A DNA stretch of 64,000 nucleotides from Lama guanicoe. Lineage: Eukaryota. Both the position numbers and the translations under genes were made by a program. The notes below the pieces were generated by a model. That model searched no databases and was not told the DNA's origin. It was given only the letters and a program-made list of their open reading frames with translations. The DNA lies in the NCBI GenBank assembly GCA_013239625.1, contig MU054391.1, positions 2,323,130-2,387,129 of the forward strand, in the 5' to 3' direction. Shown in pieces: positions 13,060-25,359 of the stretch. Each line of letters opens with the position of its first letter. The stretch's first letter is position 1.

Positions 13060-13940
13060 GGAGGCTGACAGAGCCCCTGCTGCTTGTCTCCATGGCCACA
13101 GGGAGTAAGTGTGGGAGGTGGACCTGAGCTGTGCTGGACCAGTCAGAAGCCCCTCTTGCCTGGAATTTGGACTGAAATAAGACTGCCTCTTTTTTTTTTT
13201 TTTAATATAAGTATAGTTGATTTACAATGTTGTGCTGATTTCTGGTGTACAGAGCAGTGATTCAGTTGTACTTATATAACATTCCTCTTCATATTATTTT
13301 TCACTATAGGTTATTATAAGTTATTAAATATGGTTCCCTGTGCTGTACAGTAGGACCTTGTTGTGCATGTATTTTATATATAGTAGTGAGTATCTGCAAA
13401 TCCCGAACTCCCAACGTATCCCTCCCCACCCCCTGCCCTCCAGTAACCATAGGTTTGTTTTCTGTGTCTGTGAGTCTGTTTCTGTTTTATAAATAAGTTA
13501 ATTTGCCTTTTTTTTTAGATTCCACATATAAGTGACGTCATATGGTATTTTTTCTTTCTCTTCCTGGCTTACTTCACTTAGAATGACGATCTACAGGTCC
13601 ATCCATGTTGCTACAGGTGGCATTATTTTACTCTTTTTATGGCTGAGTAGTATTCCACAGTATAAATATATCACAACTTCTTTATCCAGTCATCCGTCTC
13701 TTCTTTATGAGCCTCTAGCATGTTAGCCTGTGGTCTCAGCGTCTTCCTCCTCTTTCCACACAGAGCAGAGAGACAGGATCCCATCAGGAGATGGAGGGAG
13801 AGTGCAGAGCTGGAGACTAAGAATGAGATGTTCTTCTTTGGACCATTCCTGTGTCCTTATAATAAAGACCCTTTTCAGCTCAGCTTATTTCAACTGGATA
13901 ATGTCATTTGCCAAAAATAAAACATTCCTAGTTAAATAGT
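13060..13940 (+). mobile_element. Old ERVL-MaLR solo LTR (MLT1K/L-like), split by an L1 insertion
   Basis: 5' piece ggaccagtcagaagcccctcttgcctggaattt; 3' piece with AATAAA followed by ttcagctcagcttatttcaactgg...gtcatttgccaaaaataaaacattcctagttaaata, resembling old MLT1 LTR ends. Confidence 0.55.
13190..13698 (-). mobile_element. L1 3' end, cetartiodactyl/camelid type, 5'-truncated
   Basis: Poly-T, then gtatagttgatttacaatgttgtg...tagattccacatataagtga...ggtccatccatgttgct...ttctttatccagtcatc. Confidence 0.95.
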
Positions 13941-14292
13941 CTCCCATCAACTGTTTCCTCTGCTCTAATATATAGTTAATAATAAAATTATCTACCTTAC
14001 AAGTTTGCATGTGCTTCTAATGGGACAATATGGAAGTACAGTGAAAATAGTTACATACATAATATTAAAGATTGAATGTATCTCTGTGGAGGAAATATCT
14101 CTTTTTTTCTCACTTAAAATTGCCTTGAGGACTTTATGTCTCCAGTGCATTTCTTTAAGAAATATAAAAGGCCACAGAGGGTATTTTGTTCATTAAGCAT
14201 TGACCCTTACATGCTTAATTAGATGTGCAGGGCAGTGGATAACTTCTCAATATCGTTTAGATTTTATGGGGAAAATGGGAAATAAAACTAAA

Positions 14293-14325
14293 TATATTTT
14301 ATATATATATTATATATATATATAA
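14293..14325. repeat. (TA)n-rich microsatellite
   Basis: Directly visible. Confidence 0.8.
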
Positions 14326-14569
14326 GTAAATTATGTAGAACTAAATACATATTCACATTATTTTATCTCACTTCTGGAAATCGAACACGCTTGTTAGTGA
14401 GTATATCCAATAAATTTAGGCTTTCTTGAAAACAAATTAAAAACATCACATTTGAAAGAAAAGGAGACCATTTGCCAAATCAATTTTTAATTTTCTTCAC
14501 TATCTTCACTTGATCTTGACCAAACACTAAGGATTTTGGTTCTTAAAAAAAGTAAAAGATTTCAACTTA

Positions 14570-14852
14570 ACAAAAAGTTTATTGAAATATACCATCTGCG
14601 TAAGGCACTGCAAGAGATTACCCGGAGAACAGAATAATGAGTATTTTACAAACCCTTCTCCTGAGGATTTGGAGTCTGGTGGAGGAGACAGATACGTTCA
14701 CCATCAGCTGCCCTGTGGTTGAGCTGCTGCAAGAAATATGGGAACGGATAAACACACTGTGATTGGAAAACAGAAATAAAAGGGCTGTTAAGTCTGCCTA
14801 GCACTGAGAGAATCAGGGAAGGCTTAATGAAATGATTGACTTTAGAGATGTT
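14570..14852 (-). mobile_element. L2 3' end
   Basis: aagtttattgaaatataccatctgcgtaaggcactg...gagtctggtggaggagacaga...tcagggaaggcttaatgaa fits a reverse L2 tail. Confidence 0.7.
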
Positions 14853-15089
14853 AATTTTCTTATTTACACTCTAAATGTTATAAGCACATCTTGAGATGAC
14901 TACTTTTCCGCTGTACTTGGAAGAATAAGTACAATTTCAGAAAGGTCAAAGGTCAGGAGGAAAGCATTGCACACAGAAGCAACGTTAGTTAAGACGGTAC
15001 GGACTGCCTAACAGGAAGTGACAGCTGACGTTTTCTGAGGTTGCTGACAGCACAGAATGAATGAAAGTCGGTGAAAGACTAAGAAATAC

Positions 15090-15430
15090 ATAAAATTACT
15101 CATAACCCATCATCAGAGAGGTAAGTTATATCTTTCTACTTTATTCTAAACATTATTTTACACAAATTGAAATAGTATACATCACCGTCTACAATGTCCT
15201 TTTAATTTATATGAAAAGTCACATCACTAAGTCAATATAGTTTTAATGTTTACACAATAACCTTTACTGCTAACACGTCAGGAGTGCAGATCCACACCTT
15301 TACGTGGGGCTCTTTGACTATAATTTCCCCAGTAGTTGCTGTAACTTACATTCCTACCAGCAGTACATGAAAGTGTTATTTCAGTAATCTTTGCCATTTG
15401 AATCACAAATGACTTATTTTGTTATTTCTT
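15090..15430 (-). mobile_element. Ancient L1M fragment
   Basis: gttgctgtaacttacattcctaccagcagtacatgaaagtg resembles the conserved reverse L1 ORF2/3'UTR motif. Confidence 0.5.
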
Positions 15431-15979
15431 CATGTTCTTTTCTGTAATTAGTCAGCAGTTGAAATTAACAGTAGCCATTTTACATGCTCAGTGTTTGTGT
15501 GACTTGAGGACGCGTTCTGTTGGACCGTCTCCAAAATGTGACGTGAGAGCCCGTGTGGCTTATTTGTCCGTGAGAGCAGGCTGCCCTGGAACCGTTCTAA
15601 ATTTAAAGGTATGCGTGACAGTCTCTTCTGCCTTAAGTCACTTCCATCCCATAGACCAAGACCTGAACATTTCAAACTTCAAGATACTACGTCAGGCCCA
15701 GGCACAATCTTCAGAAAGCCCTCATCAAGACATGAAATATTACTCACGTAATACACTCATTGTTCAACCAGTGTGCGTGGAATGTCTGGAAGCTGCACCG
15801 TCTCATGTGTACACCCCCGGGTGGCAAAGGTCTGGGCTGAGACTCTTGCGTATTTGTCGGGCACGTTGTGCTGCGGAGGGACTGAACTTTCTGAGTCTGA
15901 TAGACTTGGACACAAAGCCTGAGAGATAAAATTGGACAAGGGGTGAATCTCACCAGCAGTGTAGCTATTTCAGCCTGTA

Positions 15980-16322
15980 CGGTCGTCTTTTGGCATCTTC
16001 GGGGCATTGGTTCCAGGACTCCCGTGGGTACCAAAATCCAGATGCTCGAGGCCTTTATATAAAACGGTCAAGTATTTGCATATAACCTGGGTGCACCCTC
16101 TTGTATAGTCCACCTTCTCTAGATTACTTATAAAGCCTAATAAAGTGTTAACGCCACCCAAACAATGATCAATACAATGTAAATGCTATGTGAATAGTTG
16201 CCAACACATGGCGAATTCAAACTTTGCTTTTTGGAACTTTCCGGATTTTTTTTTTGAATATTTTTGATCCCAGGTTGGTTGAATCCATGGGTGCAGAGCC
16301 CAGGGACATGGAAGGACGACTG
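15980..16322 (+). mobile_element. MER2/MER2B non-autonomous Tc1/mariner (Tigger) element
   Basis: TA TSD at 15978-79 and 16323-24; imperfect TIRs (cggtcgtc / gacgactg); internal ttggttccagga, accaaaatcc and gtatttgcatataacc match MER2. Confidence 0.92.
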
Positions 16323-18157
16323 TATTGGCTCTGGGTTCCCTGTGAGAGCCCAGAGAGGGTGAGAGCCGGGTGCTGTCTGAGTGTCCAGCTCCTCCCTAAG
16401 TCCAGGCTAGGCTTCAGGGTCACACACACTAGACACCTCACTATGTGGCCCCGATTTACGAGAGCTGGGGTTCTGCTGGCTCAAAGCCTCCTTTTTAAGA
16501 GCTTTGTGCAGACTTGCCTGGTAGAAATGATACACCCTGTAAATCGTCTAATGATCAAATTTTGTTTTTCAGGTTGATCTCACTGATCCCCGCTTAGTGG
16601 AAACATTGGATTTCTTTATGAAACTGCTAAGCAGTCAGAAAGCCACGTCTGCAAAGAAGCAGGTTAAATGTAAATAAATACTGTTTAATCTCTAACAGGG
16701 TAGCCATTTATTTCAACTCTGTTTCTTTCCCGGCAAGGCCTGGGGTCTGATCATTTTAGATATGCTGTTTCTCTCTTTCTCTTTCTAGTTTCAAGCGAAA
16801 AGCAGAGAAGGTTTTAAAGTAACAATTGTGAGTGATGCTAACGTTATTAATAAAGCAGCCTTGGGAAGTCACTCGTGAAACGGAATGTACTTAACCCTCC
16901 GAGTGGTGGGTCATCCTTAGGGGCCAAAGGGAGCTTCCCCTTCTCGGTCTGCAGACGTGCTGACAGACGGAGTGCGATGACCTGACCCTGCCTCTGTCCC
17001 CACAGCGGGAGCAGCACGTGAGGACCAGTAACCACACAACCTAAGGAAAAACGTGGAAAGTAGTTAACTCCAACCTTTACATGGTGACATTTCTCCCTGA
17101 ACGGGCAAAAAGGATCTCTCTATTAAAGCAATCATTTTGCTTGGTGGGCACAAATGACTTGGCTTGTATGATGAGTGAACTTTACTAACCAGAATCTCTT
17201 TGAATAGAACGATAATTCTGTAGCTGTGTTTCTCAAATCATTTCGTTAAGCGTCAAACACTGAATTGATTAGCACATGGTAATATATGGAAATTAGGCAG
17301 GCAAAATGGATGCCTTGATAAAGTTTACAAAACTATCAGAGTCCACAGATTCAAGGTTGTGGGGTCTTATTGTTTTTGTTTGGAATAAGCAAGGAAGAGT
17401 GAAGTTTAAATTCTATGCTTGGACTAGAATGTCTCTTTCTGTGTTATTTGTTTCAGAATCTCAAAAATACATAGCAAATATAGCAGATGGAATCCACACG
17501 CCCAGTCCGTCAGTAATCCTGCTATATTTTGTCCATTCTGAGATCACACTATAATGATAGAAAAATTATAAAAAATAAATTAAACCCATAGGGTGAAAAC
17601 AGAGGGAAGTGGATGCCATTCTACATGGAAATATAATGTGTGTCGCAAGATTCTCCCACACGCAGATATTGGCAAAACCGCTTTCACTTAAAACCACACG
17701 CACTTAACCATGAGGGTCACCTAATGACCATCCAAGATTTAAGGAAAACTTATAAAAATAAAAAGTGGTAAAGATAGCAAACAGAAAAACTAATAATTTA
17801 GAAAAAGCAGAAGCAAAAGTGGATATGATTCTAAACAGATGTGGACAGTTTTGAGAAAAAATAAACCAGGAAAGGAAAGAAACAGAAAGGAGCAGTCTGA
17901 AATCGGGAAGGGCTGTTGCCGGTTAAGCATGTGATCACCTGAATGAAAGTGTGGCTGGGGCTGTGGAAACTAAAGCAAAGAAAAATATCTCACAACGTAA
18001 AAGGAGAAAAGGAAGAGACAGAAGGTTAGAATAAATAAAATAGAAGGAAAGAGAGTATTGTGATTTGAATTGAGTCCTCTTTTTTTTTTTTCTTTTTTGC
18101 CTCAAAGGTGTCAAAGGATTGCTTTTCTGAGGAGAACGGTGGAACAGCCACGTTTTT

Positions 18158-18505
18158 TTCTGGAGGGGACTGTGTCCTCTTGAAAGACACATTGAAGTCC
18201 TCAGTCCAGAACCGCGGAACGTGACCTTACTTGGAAATCGGGCTGTTGAAGGTGTAATTAGTTAAGATGAGGCCGCACGGAGCAGGGTGGGCGCTAATCC
18301 AGCCTGCCTGGCATCTTCACCGGAAGAGAAGAGACACAGGACAGAGGCACAGGGAGAAGGAGGCCGTGAGACGACCGAGGTGGAGGCTGGGGGGGCGGTG
18401 GCCATGAGCCAAGGAACTTCAAGGTCGTCAGAAACACTGGGAGCGAGAGGAGGGAAGGAAGTCTCCTCACGCAGGGACTTAGGGAAGGGTAGCCCTTCAG
18501 CAGTG
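18158..18505 (+). mobile_element. MLT1B/C-like MaLR LTR, 3' truncated
   Basis: gtgaccttacttggaaatcggg...gtaattagttaagatgagg...agccaaggaac are hallmark MLT1 motifs. Confidence 0.85.
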
Positions 18506-18619
18506 ATGACACACAGCATATAGAGATAAATGTAACTTCACTGGACAGATGGCAGAGGAGGGCATAGGAAAAGCAGCCAAGGAGAGCCTCATGCTGGAAG
18601 GAAGTGAGGAGATAATGTC

Positions 18620-18840
18620 TCCAGGTAAATTTAATGACAGCAATGTTATCTAGAGATGTAACAGAAACGCTGGAAAAAAGAGCTAAAAGAGTTACAACTG
18701 GCTACCATTAGGGAGCGGAAAAGGAGGGGAGGGCTGGAGAGCAGAGGAGGGTGATTTGTTACTAAAATTTTGGGCTATTTATTTTTAACCATGATCATTA
18801 CTTTGATTAAAATATTTATTATAAAACATTTATGATAAAA
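18620..18840 (+). mobile_element. HAL1/L1ME-like 3' end
   Basis: actggctaccattagggag, a G-rich tract, then ctatttatttttaaccatgatcattactttgattaaaa. Confidence 0.45.
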
Positions 18841-19417
18841 GACACAATGTTTTTGTCAACTGAACTTGGTAAAACTAATTTTTAATAGCAGACAAAATAA
18901 ATTCACATTAGGATGTAAATTCTAACATCAAGTGTAGAGGGGCTTCTATTAAAGAAAGAAGAGAGAGCTGTAGGTACTAAGATGTGACCCCAATACCCAT
19001 GCCAGGTATCTGTTGCTTTATGAAGAATTAGATGGTAAATGGAAGGACTTAGATCTCAGGCAGAGCCAGCTGTCTGAGTAGCCGCTGGGTTAATTTTTCC
19101 CGTTCATCTTGTGCACAGGACCAGACTGTTTTCAGCTTCCCTTGCAGTGAGATGCAGCCATTTGGACAAAAGCATACTGACAACATTGATGCTCTCCGTT
19201 TCCACCCAGGCCCGTAGTAACCTTCACCTTCGCGCTCACACCCAGGATGGTTGGATGGGTGTCAGTACTGAAGGCAAATGCAGAAATTGTGCGTTGAGGC
19301 GGGCAGAGAGCCCCCTTCCCAGCTGGGGCCTCTGAATTGAGCTGATTAAGAAACATGACTGAGAAAGTGTTGAGAAAACTAACACACGAATGGCCATTAA
19401 AACTCAACCCAAGCACT

Positions 19418-19690
19418 AATTTGCAAAGATACATGCACCCCAATGTTCATAACAGTAATACTTACAACTGCTGAGATAGAGGAGCAACCTAAGTGTCCAT
19501 CCGCAGATGAACAGATAAAGGAGAGATGGTGTCCACATACCGTGAAATACTACTCAGCCACAAAAAGTGAAGCTTTTCCATGTACAGCACCATGGATGGG
19601 TTTGGAGGCTATGATGGTAAGTGAAATAAGAGACAGAGAAAGACAAATACTGTTTAATATCACTTAAATGTGGAATCTAAAAAAAATTTT
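19418..19690 (+). mobile_element. L1 ORF2 end / 3'UTR fragment
   Basis: agatacatgcaccccaatgttcata...caacctaagtgtccatc...tactactcagcc...tgtggaatctaaaaaaa. ORF 19443-19667 (QPKCPSADEQIKERW...YYSA) resembles the L1 ORF2 C-terminus. Confidence 0.92.
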
Positions 19691-19779
19691 TAAAGTGACT
19701 GTGACATTAACAACAAGAACAAAAACTCCACCCCATGGAAAGACCCCATGGGGCCTGACTGTCTGAGTCAAGGCTGGTG

Positions 19780-20760
19780 ACTTCAGGCTCGAGGTACAGG
19801 GCCCCGAGGCAAGCGAGCAGGGAGGTCCCTCAGGCGCGAGGGCCGCGCCGCGCAGAGAGCTGCGGTGTGTTTACTGCGACAGGGGACCAGTGGAGGGGGG
19901 TGCGGCAGACGGCTGGCGGGTGCTGCTAAGGAAGCCAGGAGCCTGCGCGTGACGGCTGAGGCATCAGCGCAGAGTCTGGGCACCGGCACGCGCGGGGCGG
20001 CGACAGCTGCTCCCTTCCGAGGACAGCGTGTGCTGGATCCGCGCCGCCACCGCTCCGCGGCGGACGCGGGCAGGGCGGGCCTTCCCAGCGGCGGATGCCG
20101 GCGCAGCAGAGAAGCGGCCGGGTCATTCTGCTCGGGGAACAGGATGTGCGCGGGGTCAAGCGCCTCCCCGCGTCCAGGCAGGGCTCCTGTGACAGGCCGC
20201 CCGTCGTGGCCGTGGCCCGGTCCCCGCTGCTTGTCGCCTGCTTCCCACATTGGAGCTGGGGCGCTGCTGCCGCGGCCCCTGCCCTGCTTCACGGTTGTGC
20301 GCTGTGTGCGTCGGGGTGGGGGGGCGATGGGTGGACGATGAGGGGGGCGATGGGGAGGTGCTGTGCGCTCTGAGCCGGTCAGCGTGCGGACACGCGGCGC
20401 GGTGCGTTTTGGCGCGGGCCTTTAGTCCAGCCTTCACCTTTAACTGAGCAATTATCGTAATTTTGATGGAGACACTAAGAGAACATGACTTCCACTGAGC
20501 TGTGATGGGCGGAGCAGAGGCTGAGGCTCTGGGAACGCGGTGCCAGTCTTGCCCCTGGAGGGCCTTCCCTGCACGCTGCCTTCGCGGGGGCTCCGGGACG
20601 TCACTCCCTCGTCTGCGGGGCTGGAGCGCAACCGACGTCACCGCTGCGGCGGGCGTTAGCCAGGTGGCAGGCAGTACACGTCCCCGGGCTCCGCGCAGGG
20701 CGCGCGCTCCCCCCGAAGTGAGGCCCGTCTCCTTCCCAAGGAGCCGGCCCTAAACACTCC
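19780..20760. promoter_or_regulatory. CpG island (orphan; possible promoter or enhancer)
   Basis: About 1 kb with very high GC and CG density, GGGCGG boxes, two GACGTCAC (CRE-like) motifs at 20597 and 20634, and TGTTTAC near 19868. Confidence 0.8.
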
Positions 20761-21213
20761 GTTCACTCCTCCTTTCTCCCTCTGCTTTCCATTTTCTGAG
20801 CTCCCCAAGATCTTGCGAATGTCTTGTAACGCTGTCCCCTCAGTGCCTCCAGCTCTGCAGAGTTGGGTTTCCATCGTACATGAATATCTCAGATCTTTAA
20901 TTATATGGTATCTTAGAGAGCCGACGGGGAATTTTCTAAGAGGAGTAAGAGCACGTGCACACGGCCTCCCAGACACATTAGAGCTCTCCGAGAAGCAGCT
21001 GCTCCCTTGGTCTGAAGAAGAGCGGCTTACCAGAATTGCGAGGTGCCTGCTCGCATATTGCTAGGACTTTTCTGTACGGCTGTTTATTACACTGGTTATT
21101 TTCAACATCTATGTTTCTACAATAAGAAAGAAAGGCTTTCCTACGGAGTTATCTTTTGCATACAGAGAGAGTCTGCTGAACCGAGGACATGTGAAAAATG
21201 TTTTAGCTCGTGC

Positions 21214-21908
21214 TTTTTTTGTATATTTTTATTTTTTATTGCGGCGTAGTCAGTTTACAATGTTGTGTCAAGTTCTGGTGAGCAAATGCTTCGGTCATAC
21301 ATGAACACACATGTATTCACGTTCGTATTCTTTTTCATCATTAGTTACTACAAGATACTGAATAGAGTTCCCTGTGCTTACAGTATAAACTTATTTATTT
21401 TATATTTGTTAGTTAATGTCTACAAATCTCAAACTCCCAATTTATCTCTTCCCACTCCCTTCTCCCCAAGTAACTATAAGTTTATTTCCTATGTCTGTGA
21501 ATCTGTTTCTGTTTTGTAAATGAATTTGTCTTTTTTTTTTTTTATGATTCTACATATAAGTGATATTATATAGTATTTTTTTTCTCTTTCTGGCTTACTT
21601 CACTTAGAATGACAATCTCCAGGTCTGTCCATATTGCTGCAAGTGGCACTATTTTATTACTTTTTGTGGATGTGTTGTATTCCATTGTATAAATATACCA
21701 CAACTTTTTTATCTAGTCATATAGACATTTAGGTTGCTTCCACGTCTTGACTATTGTATATAGCACTGCTATGAACATTGGGTTGCATGTGTCTTTTTGC
21801 ATTAAGCTTTCCTCTGGATATGTGCCCAGGAGAGGGCTTGCGGGATCATATGGTAAGACCATTTTTAGTTTTTTGTGGAATCTCCATACTGTTTTCCATA
21901 ATGACTGC
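21214..21908 (-). mobile_element. L1 3' end, camelid type, 5'-truncated
   Basis: T-rich tail, then gtagtcagtttacaatgttgtgtca...ggcttacttcacttagaatgac...gacatttaggttgcttcca...ctccatactgttttccata. Clearly homologous to the 13190-13698 copy. Confidence 0.95.
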
Positions 21909-22749
21909 TTTTAATTTTAAAAGGTACCTAGATAAGAACAACCAGATGTATTTATTATAATAAGTGCATAGAACAGGCAAGTGCATACGTTGAGATAAAT
22001 TAACTTGATAAAATTGCTTGTTTAATTAAAAATATAAAATATTTAACAAGCTTATGAAGTCAGTGCATTTCTTCAGAATCTAAGATGGAAACCTTTGACC
22101 TCATAATTAAATGATTGAAATTCAGCTCTTTTCTGTCCAGCACATCCCGTCTTACCACATAATAAACTAGAGGCAGCAGAGCTGAGCTCTGACTTAGGCA
22201 CACGGTTAAGCCCTTAGAAAATTAAAGCTTCGGAATTGGCAACTCTAGGCTGCTCTGTAATTAAGCTTTTCCATTAAAATAGTATACTTCAGATTTTTCA
22301 ACAAAATAATTCTCATCTGACAGCTCTTAGTAAGTTTAAATGCATTGCCTTAACCACAGTTTTTGTTCATTGATTCTTTTCAAAACTGAAAAAAAAAAGA
22401 AGCCCTTTTAGAGATCCTTTTGGAAAGTCTTGCACTCAGTTATGCAATGGAGGGCCTGAATTTCTTAAAAAAAATTATGCCTGTGGAAAGAAATGTGTGC
22501 TTATTTGTAAAGTCTCACTGGTGACGAGATTGAGTTAGGATGAACATTATTGCTCATAACCTGGAAAAGACTCTGTCAACTCGTTTTCCTACACAAAGTA
22601 TTGCAAATGACACTTGATATCTTCATGGAAATGACAACCACTTCCATGCCCAGCTTTCTGGTTCAAGTCCTGGGCATTCAGACTGGCAGAGGTGCCGGGA
22701 GTTGGGACCGTTGCCTGCCTCCCGGGTAACCACCGCGACAACATCTGAA

Positions 22750-22860
22750 CAGGGCACACGGCTGAAGTCCCAGCTCCGCCACCTGCTAAGTGCTCTGGGC
22801 AAGACTTCAGGCTTCTCTAGACCTCAGTTTCTCCATCATTAGATGTGGGACAAGGAAGAG
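22750..22860 (+). mobile_element. MIR SINE
   Basis: agtcccagctccgccacctgctaa...ctgggcaagac...cctcagtttctccatc. Confidence 0.8.
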
Positions 22861-23329
22861 GGGACAGATAATGTGGCACTAAGACCCACTCCACCCCAGC
22901 ACAGTATGATTCCATGAAGGGGCTGCAAAGAAGGAAAAATTCAAAATTCCTTAAATGTTAATCAGATTGAATGCTGGCTCTGACAATATGTTTTGGCTAT
23001 TTGTCTTAATACTTTCAGGACATCAAGCACGTTACTTAACATTTCCCATCATGTAGAGAAGAGTCAATAATTATAATATATTCCACACATCACAGCATGG
23101 CTGGGATACGGAAGGAGCTCAAAAGTGTCAGGTCCCTCCCCATCACTTTATTTTCCCTTTTATGTCAAACATTTGACCTCGTTTGTACTTTTAGATGCAA
23201 TTCTTGCATCTCGACTACACAAGTGAGTACAGGACTGTAGTGTGACTTTTTAATGTTTTCCCAACAATGTCTAACACATTATAATGTTCAATAAATTAAT
23301 AAATAATAAATAATAAAAAAAACTACCAC

Positions 23330-24640
23330 ACCTCTATTCAATCATCATTGTCTCCAAGCTATGATCAACCCCACTTCCATGCTCACACTCCAGAGCTTCT
23401 GATGACCAATATCTGCTTCTCCTCCAAAAACCCATCACAAGTACTGCTTTCTCTGACCTCCAGTTCTTGTCCCCCCATGTTCCCACTGAAACTGACACTC
23501 ACGCAGGCTTCCCAACGCTTGATTCTCCACCGTTTCACTCTCCATCACTTTCCTCTCTTTAATCACCTCCGACTTGCTTTGCTCCCCAGGTCACCCACAA
23601 CCATGCCCCTGTGGGCATCTCCACTTCCCCCACTCCTCTCGAGTGTGCTCTGAAGCTGCTGAAGCTTCCCCTGCAGCCACACCGAGCACGGACACGAGAT
23701 GAGCCCACCATAGGTCTGGGAAATTCTTTCACGTACCTTAGTGAGTTCACGTCCCTAATCTTCTGTGTGATTCTATCACAGCTTTGCCAAATCCCCTGTA
23801 TTCTCAAGTCCTCACAACTTATTCCAATCCATCTCAGCTGATGACATCATCTCACACTTTTGGGGGGAAAATAGAAGCAGTCAGAAGTGAATTTCTATCT
23901 CAAAATCCACACCCTTCTCAATTACGTTCTTCTCTAAGAATACAAATCATTCTGCTATTTCAAAGGGAGACGCATCTCTGCTCTTCTGAAAACCAACACA
24001 TCTTTACCCTTTATGTCCCCTTCTTAGGAAGAAACTTCATTGCCACTCACTGCTTCTCTCCTTCCACAGGATATTCGCCTTAATATAAAATTAATTCTGC
24101 GCTTCAGATGCATCTTACATTCCCCCGAGCTGCTTTACAGTTTACTTCTGATCTACAGAAGAAATGCCCTATGATACATCTGGATGCCCCTCCCCAGGTT
24201 TTCACCTTCCCCTCATCTTTCACGTGGTTTCCATCCCCATCACACGGCACAGGAGAGGTTAGATGGGATGTGCACGACTTCCTCACCCTAATGGACCTTG
24301 AGAGGGCTGTTCAACACATTTGACCTTCCTCGCCTACTTGAAATAGTTTTCTTTCATGGCACGGATGGTACTGAACTCTCCTGGTCTCCTCCCGGCATCA
24401 CCGGCCACTTTTCATCAGTCTCCACTGTTTCTTCTGCTTCTGGTTGACCTGGGTGCTAAGAATACCCAGAGCTCTTTCTCTGTCTGACTCTTCCCTTTGT
24501 CTACTCTCTGTCCCCAGCTGGGCTGTTACTGTCCTTGAGCGACACAGACGGTCAATATGCTCATGTCTTTACTCCTGACTTCCCGGCTGAGCTCCAGGTC
24601 TCACTGCTCACTTAACGCTTCCATGGTACTCACTCAAAAA
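23330..24640 (+). mobile_element. L2 internal (ORF2) remnant
   Basis: C/T-rich tract with L2 motifs tctcagctgatgac...gaaaatagaagcagtcagaagtgaa and actctcctggtctcctccc...cacttttcatcagtctcc. Confidence 0.8.
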
Positions 24641-24659
24641 AGAGAGCGTCCTTCTAGCG

Positions 24660-24822
24660 GAGGGCTGGGGCTGTCTTCCCGCTCTTTCAGCCTCTGAGCT
24701 GCTTCCTATTTCTGCTGGTTTTCCTGACCCTGACTGTACCCCTTCAGATGACACCTTCAGCAAACTTTCCTTGTTGGCAAATGTATGTCACGTATTTCCA
24801 TGGGGACCCTGATTGATGTCAT
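24660..24822 (+). mobile_element. ERVL LTR 3' fragment (LTR33-like)
   Basis: Ends in tttccatggggaccctgattgatgtca, similar to the LTR33-type terminus ggaccctgactgataca. Confidence 0.4.
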
Positions 24823-25148
24823 GAGAGATGGAGACCCAAAGCACTGGTCTTAGCTTCTAGTGAGGTAGTTGGAGCAGACCTCTAGTCTTTGATAAGGATG
24901 GTTTAGAATGACGATCTCGGGACCCAATAATCTAGCCAGGGTCACAGAGCTAATCACGTGCACTCGAGATTTCTTTTTCAGGATCAGGAACAGAAGCTGT
25001 GTCTCCCCCGTGTTATCCCCCTCCATTCCAGCCTCCCGACACCCAGTTCTAGTGTTTTATTTAGTATTTGTCTGTATGCTGTTAGACAAGTGATTCCTGT
25101 CACATTTTGTTGCAAGGCAAAATTGCTTATAGTACTCAGTGTACAACC

Positions 25149-25359
25149 CAGTGGTCAGCAAATTACAGGCACGGGCCAAAGCCAGCCGACGGCCTGTATT
25201 TGGAAATACAGTTTGACGGGCACACGGCCACACTCCTTCATTGTGCCTCATCTGTGTGGCTTTCCTCCTCTCGCAGCGGAATTAGGTGGTCGTGACGGAC
25301 ACATGAAGCCTAAAATACTTACCCCTGGCCATTCGCAGAAAAAAGTTGGTTGACTTTTC
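25149..25359 (+). mobile_element. MER58A (hAT-Charlie MITE)
   Basis: cagtggtcagcaaattac...gggccaaa...aagcctaaaatactta...ctggccattcgcagaaaaaagtt follows the MER58A layout. Confidence 0.88.

Noticed and set aside
19783..20753. Several overlapping 80-170-aa ORFs in the CpG island
   Set aside because: Arg/Ala/Pro/Gly-rich and open on both strands, as expected from stop-codon scarcity in GC-rich DNA.
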